Assembly (NCBI GenBank): GCA_036399775.1
Contig: DASWMJ010000096.1
Coordinates: forward strand, 69,665 to 133,664
DNA from: Chloroflexia bacterium
GTDB lineage: Bacteria; Chloroflexota; Chloroflexia; QHBQ01; JADMIH01
Reading direction: 5' to 3'
DNA: 64,000 nucleotides
This document shows, one piece after another, positions 1 through 10,049 of this stretch. Below the pieces are notes generated by a model. That model made no database searches and was not told the DNA's origin. It saw only the letters and a list, made by a program, of their open reading frames with translations. The stretch's first letter is position 1. Each line of letters begins with the position of its first letter. A program made the position numbers and the translations under genes.

Positions 1-358
1 GGAAGCCCACCGCCAACTCTACATCATGGCCGGGCGTGCGCATGGCGACTGCCACGTCCTCGCCTGCCAGGCGTATTTGCAAAGGTTCTTCTACCGCAAG
101 GTTGTCGTAGGTCCACTGGTGGGCGTCGCCGGAGTAGCGAAGCACAGGCTCGGTGGCGCTCATAAGCGCTATCGATTGGCCGGTACCGCTCCACCCAGGC
201 TCGCCGGGGATATGCAAAGTAATTTGTTCGCTCTCCATAATCCATTGTATTGCGTGCTGCGGGGCTAGTCAACTTGTATTCTTGACAGACCTGGCTGGCA
301 TAGGAAATGCAATTCTACGTGCTATGGTCCGCCATCTTATTTCGCTAACCCAACAATT

Positions 359-1099
359 ATGATATGGATCGGCACATCAGGGTGGGTCTACAAACACTGG
401 ATAGGCCGCTTCTACCCGCCTGAACTGAAACAGAAGGACTGGCTCGCCTTCTACGCGGCGCGTTTCCCCACTGTGGAGATAAACCGCAGCTTCTACCGCC
501 TGCCCTCGTATGAGAACTTCCAGGCGTGGGCGTGGCAGGCCGGTTTTCATCATGGCTTCCTCTTCGCGGTCAAGGCGAGCCGCTACCTCACGCACATGAA
601 GCGGCTCTACGGGCCGGAGGAGCCTATCGGCAGGCTCATGGGCGCGGCATCGGGTCTGGGGCCTCATCTTGGGCCGTTCCTCTACCAGTTGCCGCCCCGG
701 TGGTCAGCCGACCCTACTCGCCTGTCTTACTTCATCTCCCGCCTGCCCAGGGAGCACCGCGCCGCCTTCGAGTTCCGCGACCACTCGTGGTACCAGCCCG
801 ACATCTACCGCATCCTGGACGAAGCAGGCTACCCCATAGTGCGCGCTATCGGCGGCTACCACACCCCGATGGACGTGCCGGACGTAGGCTCGTTCCGCTA
901 CCTGCGCGTTCATGGCGGCCAGTACGGCATCGGCCTGACCGACGGCGAGCTTGGCTACTGGGCCGACCGCCTGGCCGGATACGCCTCGCAAGGCATAGAC
1001 GCCTTCATCTACTTCAACAACGACCCCGACGGCCACGCCATCTACGACGCCTACCGCCTGCGCGACATGCTTCAGCATACGGGGGCGGTGTACGCGTAA
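359..1099 (+). CDS. DUF72 (UPF0759/YecE-like) family protein
   Basis: N-terminal IGTSGW-Y-W--FYP motif and overall DUF72 length (246 aa). The overlapping Arg/Pro-rich alternate-frame ORFs are GC artefacts. Confidence 0.8.
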   Translation: MIWIGTSGWVYKHWIGRFYPPELKQKDWLAFYAARFPTVEINRSFYRLPSYENFQAWAWQAGFHHGFLFAVKASRYLTHMKRLYGPEEPIGRLMGAASGLGPHLGPFLYQLPPRWSADPTRLSYFISRLPREHRAAFEFRDHSWYQPDIYRILDEAGYPIVRAIGGYHTPMDVPDVGSFRYLRVHGGQYGIGLTDGELGYWADRLAGYASQGIDAFIYFNNDPDGHAIYDAYRLRDMLQHTGAVYA

Positions 1100-1197
1100 A
1101 ACGTGAAACGTAATTATTGAACCACAAAGGCACGAAGAGCACAAAGTTCGCTAAGGTTTTTGTGTGGGCTTGCGATTTACGTTTCACGTTTCACGTT

Positions 1198-1569
1198 TCA
1201 CGTTTTACGTCTTACTTCCTCATCTTCGGCTCGCCAGGCGGGGTCTACTATGCAGAGGAACTTGAGGTCTGTCGCGCCGGTGTTTTGGATGTGCTGGGTG
1301 GCTTGGGGTGGGACGTAGATGGCGCAGCCCGCGCGGATGTCCGCTGTTTCTCCGTTGACGTGCATGACCCCTACGCCTTCCAGGATGTAATAGGCTTCGG
1401 AACCGGCAAGCCTATGTGGGAGGGAGCTTTCGCCGGGTCTGACGTAGGCGTGGGCCAGGCTGTAACGCATCTCTACGCTGTCGTTGGCGGGGTGCAACAC
1501 TTCTCGGAGGTTCGTGCCGTCTCCGGCTACGAATTCTTCGCACTCGTCCAGGGCTTTGGTTATCATCAT
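1198..1569 (-). CDS. cupin domain protein
   Basis: 123 aa with conserved cupin beta-barrel motifs (G-x5-HxH...E...G, YYILEG). Its stop abuts the aminotransferase gene. Confidence 0.55.
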   Translation of the reverse strand: MMITKALDECEEFVAGDGTNLREVLHPANDSVEMRYSLAHAYVRPGESSLPHRLAGSEAYYILEGVGVMHVNGETADIRAGCAIYVPPQATQHIQNTGATDLKFLCIVDPAWRAEDEEVRRKT

Positions 1570-1570
1570 T

Positions 1571-2764
1571 TCAAGCCTGATATATCTCCATCGCCCCGGC
1601 CAGGCCAGCGCCAGCCTCGATGCTATGACCTTGCGCCTTGAGGATTTGCTCTAGCGCGGCGAGTAGTTGCAGCACGAACTCCTGCTGCGAGCCGTAGCCC
1701 ATCAGCCCCACGCGCAGGAGTTTGCCCTTTAGCGGGCCGAGTCCGCCGCCTACCTCTATACCGTGCTCATTCAGCAAGGCTGTTCTTATGGCGGCTTCGT
1801 CAAGGCTGCCGGGCAATTTGACGGCGTTGAGCGGCCACAGGCTGATTTCCTCGTCCGGTAGAAAGTCCAGACCCAGGCCCTCTATGCCTGCCCGGAAGGC
1901 GCGATGGTTGAGATGGTGTCTATGCCATCTCTCCTCCAAACCTTCTTCGTGGAGCAGGCGCAGGGCGGTGTGCAGGGAGTAGATGAGCGGCGCTGAGATG
2001 GTGTGATGGTACTGGCGCTCATCCCAGTACTTCGACAGCAAGACGGCATCGAGGTAGAAGGTTTGCAGAGGGGTATTCCGGCGGCTCGCTTTCTCTAATG
2101 CCCGGTCGTTCATTGTGAATGGCGCGAGGCCGGAGGGCGCGCCCAGGCACTTCTGGCTGCCACTATAGCAAACGTCTATGCCCCACTCGTCCACGCGCAA
2201 GGGATGGCCCCCAAGCGAGGTAACGGCATCTACCAACATGAGAGCGTCCACCTCATGCGCCGCCCGGACGATCTCCGTCAGGTCCTGGCACACCCCCGTA
2301 GAGGTCTCGGCATGCACAGCGCACACCACGCGCGGGCGCGCATGCCTTATCGCGTCGCGCATTTGCTGTGGGTCAAGCGCGGTGCCCCACTCGGCGTCAA
2401 CTCGCGTCAGCCTCCCTCCCAGGCGCTGCACTATCTGGCACATGCGGTCGCCGAAATAGCCCGCGACCCCAACAACCACGCCATCCCCCGCCTCGATGCT
2501 GTTCGCAAGGGCGGCTTCCATACCCGAAGTGCCCGTGCCGGAGAGCGCCAGCGTAAGCCTATTCTTCGTCTGAAACACGCCCCGCAACATATCCTGTAGC
2601 TCCCCCATCATCGCCAGCAACGCGGGGTCAAGATGTCCCAACGGCGGCAGCGCCAGCGAAGCAAGCACCTCCGGGTCAACCTCGCTAGGCCCCGGCCCCA
2701 GCAGGAGCCGCTTCGGAGGTCGCGTCGGGGCGACGGCACTAGCAGACGTATTCTCAATTGCCAT
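1571..2764 (-). CDS. class V aminotransferase, alanine-glyoxylate/serine-pyruvate aminotransferase type
   Basis: 397 aa, LLGPGPS N-terminus and SGSQKCLGAPSG PLP-lysine region typical of AGXT/SPT. Sits immediately downstream of glcF. Confidence 0.8.
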   Translation of the reverse strand: MAIENTSASAVAPTRPPKRLLLGPGPSEVDPEVLASLALPPLGHLDPALLAMMGELQDMLRGVFQTKNRLTLALSGTGTSGMEAALANSIEAGDGVVVGVAGYFGDRMCQIVQRLGGRLTRVDAEWGTALDPQQMRDAIRHARPRVVCAVHAETSTGVCQDLTEIVRAAHEVDALMLVDAVTSLGGHPLRVDEWGIDVCYSGSQKCLGAPSGLAPFTMNDRALEKASRRNTPLQTFYLDAVLLSKYWDERQYHHTISAPLIYSLHTALRLLHEEGLEERWHRHHLNHRAFRAGIEGLGLDFLPDEEISLWPLNAVKLPGSLDEAAIRTALLNEHGIEVGGGLGPLKGKLLRVGLMGYGSQQEFVLQLLAALEQILKAQGHSIEAGAGLAGAMEIYQA

Positions 2765-2779
2765 GCGTTACCTCCTTAC

Positions 2780-2903
2780 GAGGGATCAGGGGTCAGGGAT
2801 CAGGGATCAGGGGTCAGGTGATGAGTACTGGGTGTTGGAAGTTGGACGTTGGACATCAAGGCCTATTAAGGCTGATCCCTGACCCCTGACCCCTGATCCC
2901 TCG
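2780..2903. repeat. palindromic heptamer-repeat element (GGGTCAG/GGATCAG)n ... (CTGACCC/CTGATCC)n
   Basis: Five tandem 7-mers, a 55-bp core containing (GTTGGAN)n, then the reverse-complement 7-mers. Intergenic between the aminotransferase and glcF, extending into the glcF 3' end. Confidence 0.7.
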
Positions 2904-4424
2904 TATAGACATATCGAGTATTTCGACGGGGTGCAGCACCTTAAGCGTGTGGCCCAGTCGGCTGGCGGTGCTTTGGATTTGGAGCGTGCAGCCTGGGTTG
3001 GCGCTGGCTACTATCTGCGCGCCTGTGCTCAGGATGTGGCGGGTTTTGCGCTCACCAAGCTCGGAGGCAGGCTTTGGCTCTACGAGGTTGTATATGCCCG
3101 CGCTGCCGCAACATATGTCGCCCTCCGGGATAGGCACCAGTTCAACGCCCGGTATGCTTTCCAGCAGGCGGCGAGGCTGGCGGCGCACACCCTGGGCATG
3201 CGCGAGGTGGCAGGCGTCATGGTATGCGATCTTCGCCTTTAGCGGCTTGCGAGGGGCGACAGGACCTAGCTCGTCCAGTAATTCGGTAACGTCCCTTACT
3301 CGCTCTGAAAACCGGACGGCGCGCTCTGCGAACTGCGGGTCGTCACGTAAAAGGTAGCCGTATTCTTTCATGCTGGAACCGCAGCCCGCCGCGTTGACCG
3401 CTATATAGTCCAGTTTGCATTGCTCGAAAGTGCGGATAAGCTCGCGGGCGTACCTCCTGGCGTCTTCCTCCAGTCCCGCATGTAGAGCGAGTGCCCCGCA
3501 ACACCCCTGTGTAGGTGGATCATACACTTCGCACCCCTCCGCCGCCAACACTCGTATCGTGGCCGCGTTCACTTGCGAGAAAAATACGCGCTGCACGCAG
3601 CCGGTGAGCAGGCCAACCCGCGCCCGCCGCTTGCCTCTCGCGGGCATAAATACAGGTATGCGCCGCCTCAACCCTTTCAGCGTCACCGGCGGCATCAAAG
3701 CGTGGAGGCTCGCCAGCCTGGGCGGCAGCTTCGCTAGCAAACCCGTGCGCGTCACCAGACTTTGCATACCGCTCCTCTGGTAAAGCAGCAGGGGCAGGGC
3801 AAGGAGGCGAAGGCGCGCAGGGTGGGGGAAGAGCGCGAAGAGCATCGCGCGGAAAAGCCGGTCGGAGCGCGTGCGTGGGTAGCGTCGCTCGATCTGCTGG
3901 CGAGTAGACTCTATCAGCTTATTGTACTGCACCCCCGAAGGGCAGGCAGTGATGCAGGCCATACACCCCAGGCATTGGTCGAAGTGGCGCACGTAGGTAT
4001 CGGTCATGGCAACCTTGCCCTCGTTGCCCACCTTCATCAGGTGTATGCGCCCGCGCGGCGAGTCCATCTCCTCTCCCCACAGGACATAGGTGGGGCAGGT
4101 GGGCAGGCAGAAGCCGCAATGCACGCAATCGTCTATCAACGCCGGCGACGGGGGATTGTGTGCGTCGAATGCGGAATGCGGAGTGCGGAATGTGGAGTGT
4201 TGGGAGTTGGAGGCTAAGCGGAGTAGAAGATTGTCCTCGGAGCTGTGTATGGCTTCGGCGGCTGAGGTTTCTGTTGCTGCCCCTATATCCTGGGGGCCGC
4301 TCAGCACGCTCGTTTCGCCCGCAGCTTCAGCGGCTGCGTGCATGTGTGCGGGCAGGCCACCCATCTCTCGCTCATAAGTGGGGGAGGCTTCCTGTTGCTG
4401 CTCTTTGTCTCGCGCTTGCTCCAT
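2856..4424 (-). CDS. glcF: glycolate oxidase iron-sulfur subunit GlcF, with an unusually long low-complexity N-terminal extension
   Basis: Two CxxCxxCxxxCP ferredoxin motifs (CVHCGFCLPTCPTY, CLGCMACITACPSG) plus C-terminal CCG domains. Lies 10 bp downstream of the glcE stop. About 95 residues precede the first Cys motif, versus about 25 in E. coli GlcF. Part of that extension is encoded by (GAATGCG)n heptamer repeats, and the C-terminal residues RGIRGQGSGISLNRP are encoded by (GGGTCAG/GGATCAG)n repeats. Confidence 0.8.
   Translation of the reverse strand: MEQARDKEQQQEASPTYEREMGGLPAHMHAAAEAAGETSVLSGPQDIGAATETSAAEAIHSSEDNLLLRLASNSQHSTFRTPHSAFDAHNPPSPALIDDCVHCGFCLPTCPTYVLWGEEMDSPRGRIHLMKVGNEGKVAMTDTYVRHFDQCLGCMACITACPSGVQYNKLIESTRQQIERRYPRTRSDRLFRAMLFALFPHPARLRLLALPLLLYQRSGMQSLVTRTGLLAKLPPRLASLHALMPPVTLKGLRRRIPVFMPARGKRRARVGLLTGCVQRVFFSQVNAATIRVLAAEGCEVYDPPTQGCCGALALHAGLEEDARRYARELIRTFEQCKLDYIAVNAAGCGSSMKEYGYLLRDDPQFAERAVRFSERVRDVTELLDELGPVAPRKPLKAKIAYHDACHLAHAQGVRRQPRRLLESIPGVELVPIPEGDICCGSAGIYNLVEPKPASELGERKTRHILSTGAQIVASANPGCTLQIQSTASRLGHTLKVLHPVEILDMSIRGIRGQGSGISLNRP
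4167..4212. repeat. (GAATGCG)n-derived heptamer array inside the glcF coding sequence
   Basis: Six to seven degenerate 7-mers (GAATGCG GAATGCG GAGTGCG GAATGTG GAGTGTT GGGAGTT) lying in-frame in the N-terminal extension of GlcF. Confidence 0.65.
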
Positions 4425-4433
4425 CTGGCCTGC

Positions 4434-5708
4434 CTATATCCCTCCAACAAACCTTCCGGGGTTGAGCGTGCCGTTCGGGTCGAACTGCGCCTTTATCCTG
4501 CGCATCAAGCCCACGCCCTCGCCCGCATCACCCCATGCATCAATCTGCGAGTGCACCTCTGCCGGAGCGCGCCACACTACAAGATTGGAGCCGCACAGTT
4601 CAGCTTGCCGTCTCAAGTCTCGCAACAGCCTCACTGCCTCACCTGTGGACGGGTCGTGCCAGCGTAGGAGCGCATGGCCGTGTCCCACGTGGGCGCGTAC
4701 CGAGATCTGCGTGTTGGTCTCTCTTGTCGCCTTCTGTGCATTTTCCACCAATTTTGGCAATTCTGTCACCGGCGCGATGAGGCGGGCAAGCACGGTGCCC
4801 TCTGTAGTATGCGCTATAGTGTCAAATTGCCGCCAGAGCGCCTCTTCCTCCCCGCCAGCCAGGGTTTGCGATTTACTACCCAGCAGTTCCGCGACACGAT
4901 CTGCCTGGGCCTCAACCGAGCCGGGCGAGCCTTCAAAGCGCACGGCCAATACAGATTGCGCGCTATCGCCCTCACTAAAATAATCAATACTGGTGGGCAC
5001 AAGTGTGGAGTCGAGGATAACTGCAACCGCTTTGCCCACATCCATTACCGGCATCTCTCGACTTACAACTGTAGCCGACGCCGAGGGCAATGGATAGAGC
5101 CGAAACGTTGCCTCCACAAGCACGCCCAACGTGCCGAGCGAACCTGTGAGCAACTTGGGGAGATCGTAGCCTGCGACGTTCTTCACCACCTTGCCGCCCC
5201 CCTTAGCCACAACGCCGTCGGCCCGCACGAACGTAACCCCCAGGATGAGGTCTCGCACGCCCCCATAACGGATGCGCCTGGGGCCGCTGTCGCTGGTGGC
5301 TACCAGCCCGCCTACCGTGCCCGGCACCGGAGGGTCAATCGCCAGGAACTGTCCCGCGCCCCCCAGCGCCCCCTGTAAGTCGCTCAATCGCACGCCCGCC
5401 TGCGCGGTGACGGTCATATCGCCCGCCGCGTGCTCTACTATTTTCGACAGGTTGCCCAATTGGAGCAGGATGTCGCAACCTGTAGGCGCGTTGCCCCTAT
5501 CCAGCTTTGTGCGCGTACCGCAGGGCACCACCTTCAGCCCCCGTCTATTCGCCCACGCAAGCAGCCGCGACACCTCCTCAATATTACCGGGCATTACGGC
5601 CACCGAAGGCACGACACCCATTACAGCCTCAGCCTCGATTGCCTGGCGCACATCTTTTATACCAGATTGCCCGGCAACTTCCTCCGCGTCAATCCTGCGT
5701 GTCGTCAC
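4434..5708 (-). CDS. glcE: glycolate oxidase FAD-binding subunit GlcE
   Basis: FAD_binding_4 type N-terminus (KVVPCGTRTKLDRGN). Positioned between glcD and glcF. Confidence 0.75.
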   Translation of the reverse strand: MTTRRIDAEEVAGQSGIKDVRQAIEAEAVMGVVPSVAVMPGNIEEVSRLLAWANRRGLKVVPCGTRTKLDRGNAPTGCDILLQLGNLSKIVEHAAGDMTVTAQAGVRLSDLQGALGGAGQFLAIDPPVPGTVGGLVATSDSGPRRIRYGGVRDLILGVTFVRADGVVAKGGGKVVKNVAGYDLPKLLTGSLGTLGVLVEATFRLYPLPSASATVVSREMPVMDVGKAVAVILDSTLVPTSIDYFSEGDSAQSVLAVRFEGSPGSVEAQADRVAELLGSKSQTLAGGEEEALWRQFDTIAHTTEGTVLARLIAPVTELPKLVENAQKATRETNTQISVRAHVGHGHALLRWHDPSTGEAVRLLRDLRRQAELCGSNLVVWRAPAEVHSQIDAWGDAGEGVGLMRRIKAQFDPNGTLNPGRFVGGI

Positions 5709-5801
5709 TTCCCCTCCAGGGCAGGCGTATGCAATCCAGGTGCGCGATGGTCTTTGCTCGATCTGCCTGTATGAGCCTTTTGACTGATAGCGGGCTTATT
5801 T

Positions 5802-6383
5802 CTATTGGTTGGTACGCACCTCATCGCCTGCGAACCAGTATGGTCCTGGGCACGCATCAGGCAAAGGCTCACGTAATTGCTTGGACATGGCCGCGCCAGA
5901 TGAGGCCGGTATCTCACCTCCATCAATGAACACTGAGTCCCCGACCTGTGCGACTACCTGGCCGGCCTTGTTATAGATTTGGATCTTGTTATCTTCTGTG
6001 CTCAATGTAACGTCAGGCGGCCATAATATCAAGTAAGCGGCGCTGGAATTATCCGCAATCACCCGGAGGCAACCGTTGACCTCGGCCAACTTACCCGTGA
6101 GATATGATGCAGGCACGGCGCGGTCCTCTTGTGCCGGTACTTGTTGAGGGAAAAAGATCCCTGAATTGGGTGTTGACGTAGCCATCTTAGCTTCTGGTAC
6201 TGAAGTAGCCACCTCAGATTCGGGTACTGAAGCCGTATTCGGTGTGCTGTCGCATGCGGAAATAAGAATCAAAGCAGTTATGAGCGCCAGGCCCACCAAT
6301 CCAGTAGACAATGATCGCGCTGGACTTGCCCCTGGTTGCCCCTCCAGACGTTGAGCAAGCTTTCGCAGTTTACCATATCCCAT
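5802..6383 (-). CDS. hypothetical lipoprotein embedded in the glc operon
   Basis: Hydrophobic leader with lipobox LISAC and a Ser/Thr/Pro-rich linker. No recognisable domain. Confidence 0.4.
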   Translation of the reverse strand: MGYGKLRKLAQRLEGQPGASPARSLSTGLVGLALITALILISACDSTPNTASVPESEVATSVPEAKMATSTPNSGIFFPQQVPAQEDRAVPASYLTGKLAEVNGCLRVIADNSSAAYLILWPPDVTLSTEDNKIQIYNKAGQVVAQVGDSVFIDGGEIPASSGAAMSKQLREPLPDACPGPYWFAGDEVRTNQ

Positions 6384-6489
6384 CTCTATCTCCTTACTGC
6401 TACTTCACAGCGCACCCTAAGAAACCCTTGAGGGAAATGGGGTTGACTGGCTGTGATACTGACTATCCTGGGAAACTTTAGCCGTAAAT

Positions 6490-7944
6490 CTAAAATAAGT
6501 CCGCTATTCCGGCCTGTTGAAGCGGGTGTGGCCTGTATGGGCCTGGGCGCTCACCGCACAACCTTGGGGTTGGAAAGACCTTATCGGGGTTGTATATGCG
6601 CTTCGGGTCTACCGCGCAACGCAGCATCTGCATCGTATCAAGGTCATCGGGGCCGAACATCGCGGGCATATACCGCTTCTTGTCCGCGCCCACCCCGTGC
6701 TCGCCCGTGATGCTGCCGCCCGCGTTGACGCAAGCCCGCAATATATCGCCCGCCAATTGCTCGGCGTGGTGCGCCTGCCCCTCTATCGAGCCGTCGAATA
6801 GCACTAACGGGTGCAGGTTGCCGTCGCCCGCGTGGAAGACGTTGGCGACGCGCAAGCCGTACTGCTCGCTCAAATCGTTGATCTCGCGTAGCACCTGGGA
6901 GAGCGCGGTGCGCGGGATTACCCCATCTTGCACGTAATAGTCGGGGCTGATGCGGCCCATCGCGGCGAAAGCCGATTTGCGCCCCTTCCACATAAGCACC
7001 CGTTCGTCATCGTCCTGGGCGATGCGTAGGGAGGACGCGCCACCGGCCCGGCATATCTCCTCCACCATCGCCATCTGCTCTTTTATCTCGATGGCCGGCC
7101 CGTCCAGTTCGACCAACAGGATAGCCCCCGCGTCGAGGGGATAATTGGCGTGTACCGCCGCTTCGGCGGCCTGGATGCTGAGATTGTCCATCATCTCTAT
7201 GGCTGCGGGCACTATCCCCGCCCCGATGATGCCGGTGACGGCCCCCCCCGCCGCGTCCGTGCTCTCGAAAGCCGCCTGCAAAGTCGCCACCCCTTCCGGC
7301 TTGCGTACCAATCGCAGCGTGACCTCGGTGACTATCCCAAGCGTGCCCTCCGACCCGACGAACACGCCCACAAGGTCGTAGCCCGGCTTCTCCACAGCTT
7401 TGCCGCCCAGCCGGACCACCTCGCCGTCCGATAGGACCACCGTGAGGCCCAGGACATGGTTCACCGTGAAGCCGTACTTGAGGCAATGCGCGCCTCCTGA
7501 GTTCTCGGCCACGTTGCCGCCTATAGAGCAGACCTGCTGGCTTGAGGGGTCGGGCGCGTAGTAATAGCCGTGTGGCGCTACTCGCTGCGTGACCCACAGG
7601 TTTAGCACGCCCGGCTGCACGACGGCCCGCGCATTCGCAAGGTCTACCTCCAATATCTCCCGCATACGGCTGAGGCCAAGCACTATGCCGTCAGCAACCG
7701 GCAAAGCCCCGGCAGAGAGGCCCGTCCCCGACCCGCGGGGCACGATAGGGATGCCCTGTTCGTAGCATAACCTCACCACCGCCTGCACCTGCTCCGTGCT
7801 CGTGGGGAGCACCACCAGCATAGGCACGACGCGGTAGTTACGCAGCCCGTCCGACTCGTAGGTAAGTAGCTGTTCAGGCTCGCTGATGACCCCTTGCGGT
7901 CCAACGATGGCAGTCAGCTTATGTATGAGTGTGTTGCGTTCCAT
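6490..7944 (-). CDS. glcD: glycolate oxidase subunit GlcD (FAD-linked oxidase)
   Basis: 484 aa with FAD-linked oxidase N- and C-domains (PRGSGTGLSAGALP). First gene of the glcD-glcE-glcF array. Confidence 0.85.
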   Translation of the reverse strand: MERNTLIHKLTAIVGPQGVISEPEQLLTYESDGLRNYRVVPMLVVLPTSTEQVQAVVRLCYEQGIPIVPRGSGTGLSAGALPVADGIVLGLSRMREILEVDLANARAVVQPGVLNLWVTQRVAPHGYYYAPDPSSQQVCSIGGNVAENSGGAHCLKYGFTVNHVLGLTVVLSDGEVVRLGGKAVEKPGYDLVGVFVGSEGTLGIVTEVTLRLVRKPEGVATLQAAFESTDAAGGAVTGIIGAGIVPAAIEMMDNLSIQAAEAAVHANYPLDAGAILLVELDGPAIEIKEQMAMVEEICRAGGASSLRIAQDDDERVLMWKGRKSAFAAMGRISPDYYVQDGVIPRTALSQVLREINDLSEQYGLRVANVFHAGDGNLHPLVLFDGSIEGQAHHAEQLAGDILRACVNAGGSITGEHGVGADKKRYMPAMFGPDDLDTMQMLRCAVDPKRIYNPDKVFPTPRLCGERPGPYRPHPLQQAGIADLF

Positions 7945-7949
7945 AGGCT

Positions 7950-8028
7950 CCAGGGGTCAGGGGCTAGGGGTCAGGGGTTAGGGATCAGGGGTTAGGTAAT
8001 TTACTGATCCCTGACCCCTGATCCCTCA
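7950..8028. repeat. palindromic heptamer-repeat element (GGGGTCA/GGGGCTA/GGGATCA)n
   Basis: Tandem 7-mers and inverted partner between glcD and the MBL hydrolase gene. Confidence 0.7.
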
Positions 8029-8875
8029 CGAAGTAATAGAGTTCCCCTGCCTGCAAGAAGTGTACTCGCTGGGTGGGGTGATGGGCTTGCAGGTAATCTA
8101 GCAGGTAGGCGGGGTTGATGCGGTTGGCGGCGAACATGTCGTTGTGGCCGGGGATGAGCACTTTGACGCCTGCCGCTACAGCAAGCTCGGCGGCCTCCCT
8201 GTAGTCCAGGTTGCCTGTCAGGTCATGCTGTTCGCGGAACCAGTCGCGCCCGTTGATGGGGAGGCAGGCTATGTCTATCTCCTGCTCCTTCAGGCGCTCG
8301 ATGAGGCCAGGGTAGATTATAGTGTCGCCACAGTGGTAGAGGGTTACGCCGTTCATGTTGATTATGAAGCCCAGGTACGCGGGGTTGCCGTGCTCGTCCG
8401 GCTCCTGGCGGTAGTGAGCGGAAGGGATGGCCGTCACCGTGAGGCCGTCTCCATGTTCCACAGCCTCTCCGACGGGCGGCACCGATATGCGCCCGGTGTC
8501 GAAATGCTCTTGAGACAGCGTCTCCTTTGCCTTATAAGACGTTACCAGGCATGCGTCCTTAGATGCGCGCATGAGAGGGTGGAGGGTCTGCGGATCGCAA
8601 TGGTCGGCGTGCTGGTGGGTAGCAAGCACGAGCGTAACCGTATCAAGCTCTTCGGGCGGCACCACGATGGGTATCTGCCGGGCGAAGAAGTCCATCTGGT
8701 TAGGCACTATCTCTTCAACGTAGTTGGACAGGTAGGGGTCTATCACCACTATATGCCTGCCACTCTTCAAGATGTACCCCTGCTGCCCCAACGCCCAAAG
8801 TGCCAGGTGCCCATGCGGTACCTCTAGCTCCCGCACCTGCCGCGCCAGTGTAGATTTTCCGTTCGTGTCGGTCAT
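7985..8875 (-). CDS. MBL-fold metallo-hydrolase (UlaG-like)
   Basis: HQHADHCD (HxHxDH) motif and approximately 296 aa length. The C-terminal tail RDQGSGISKLPNP is encoded by heptamer repeats. Confidence 0.7.
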   Translation of the reverse strand: MTDTNGKSTLARQVRELEVPHGHLALWALGQQGYILKSGRHIVVIDPYLSNYVEEIVPNQMDFFARQIPIVVPPEELDTVTLVLATHQHADHCDPQTLHPLMRASKDACLVTSYKAKETLSQEHFDTGRISVPPVGEAVEHGDGLTVTAIPSAHYRQEPDEHGNPAYLGFIINMNGVTLYHCGDTIIYPGLIERLKEQEIDIACLPINGRDWFREQHDLTGNLDYREAAELAVAAGVKVLIPGHNDMFAANRINPAYLLDYLQAHHPTQRVHFLQAGELYYFVRDQGSGISKLPNP

Positions 8876-8891
8876 TCAGTTCTCCGGGAAG

Positions 8892-9033
8892 TGAAACGTA
8901 AAACGTGGTGCGTATTGCGTAGTACGTATTGCGTAAAACTCCAAATAACCTCTGCGTTTCTATTCATATATCTTAGTGTTCTTTGTGTCTCTGTGGTTCA
9001 ATGATTACGCAATACGCAATACGCAATACGTTT
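8892..9033. repeat. (CGTATTG)n-armed MITE-like element, copy 1
   Basis: Inverted (CGTATTG)n / (CAATACG)n arms around the conserved core CTCTGCGGTTCAAT...CTTAGTGTTCTTTGTGTCTTTGTGGTTCAA. Copies also at 30714-30857 and 36452-36616. Confidence 0.65.
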
Positions 9034-10049
9034 CATGCCAGCGCGTTTTCTACATCAATGCGGTTTTGGTCTACCAGGGAGCGAAATGCTTCTATCGTGG
9101 CGCGCACGCCGTCGACCAGGGGGGTTTCGGGCGCATCAGGCAGCAATCCTTTCAGGGTAGCGCTGTCTAGCTCGTCGGGAAAGGGGAGGCGCGTTTCGGG
9201 GAATGTGATGCGTCCCTGCATTTCGGGCGCGACCTCTTCAATCGCGGCCACTACCTCCTGCACGCTCACTTTGCTGCCGCCCAGGTTGATTACCCTCGCG
9301 CCCTCGAACGGCACCGCAGCCAGGGCGATGAGGGTGTTCGCGGCATCATCTCCCCACTGGAAGTTGCACCGCCCGCCGTACGTGATGGCGTAGTCGCGGC
9401 CCAGGGCTGCGGCGAGCATCGCTTTGGTGGGCGACGAAGTGACACCCCTATCGCGTCCCAGCCCGTAGATTACGTAGGGGCGCACGCCGATGCTCGTTAC
9501 ACCATTGTCCTGGGCGTAGATGCGTGCCGTGCCCTCGTTGGCTTGCTTGTAGACGCCGTAGTGGGTGGCGGGTGCGAGCGGCGCATCCTCCGGCACAGGG
9601 CCAGGCTCGTAGAGTTCGGCGGGACCGTACACGGCGGCAGAGCTTGTGTATATGACGCGCTCCACCTGCGCCGGGTGGCGGGCCGCTACCTCAAAGACGT
9701 TCACGGTGCCTGTGACGTTCACCTGCGCGCCCAGGATGGGGTTGGCCTTGCAAAAAGGCACCTGTAGCGCGGCCAGGTGGATGATATGCGTTATACCCTC
9801 GCCTATCACCACGCGCTCGACAGTCTCGTAGTCGGTGATGTCGCCCTGCTCGATAGGCACCTGGGCGATCTCCTCATCGCTCATGAGCAGCTTGAGGCGC
9901 GACGGGTCGGCGCTCAGGTCGAAGGCGACTACCTTCTCACCCTGCCGCAAAAGGTTGTGTATGGTCCATGCACCCAGGCACCCCATCGCGCCTGTTACCA
10001 TGTACGTGTTGCTCATTCTTGCTCCGGGTGTTTGCTCTTCGATTGGCAT
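9033..10049 (-). CDS. NAD-dependent epimerase/dehydratase family protein
   Basis: VTGAMGCLGAW Rossmann motif and YxxxK SDR-type catalytic region. The true start may be the internal Met 11 codons in. Confidence 0.75.
   Translation of the reverse strand: MPIEEQTPGARMSNTYMVTGAMGCLGAWTIHNLLRQGEKVVAFDLSADPSRLKLLMSDEEIAQVPIEQGDITDYETVERVVIGEGITHIIHLAALQVPFCKANPILGAQVNVTGTVNVFEVAARHPAQVERVIYTSSAAVYGPAELYEPGPVPEDAPLAPATHYGVYKQANEGTARIYAQDNGVTSIGVRPYVIYGLGRDRGVTSSPTKAMLAAALGRDYAITYGGRCNFQWGDDAANTLIALAAVPFEGARVINLGGSKVSVQEVVAAIEEVAPEMQGRITFPETRLPFPDELDSATLKGLLPDAPETPLVDGVRATIEAFRSLVDQNRIDVENALA

Noticed and set aside
526-1113. 195-aa Arg/Pro-rich ORF overlapping the DUF72 gene in another frame (similar: 7007-7597, 10808-11147, 13536-13820)
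   Set aside because: Typical high-GC alternate-frame artefacts with low-complexity Arg/Pro/Gly composition, fully overlapped by well-supported genes.
8976-9170. Small ORFs beginning MFFVSLWF... / MCLCGS... recurring at 8976, 30803 and 36485
   Set aside because: They are translations of the repeated MITE core and appear in every copy. Not independent genes.
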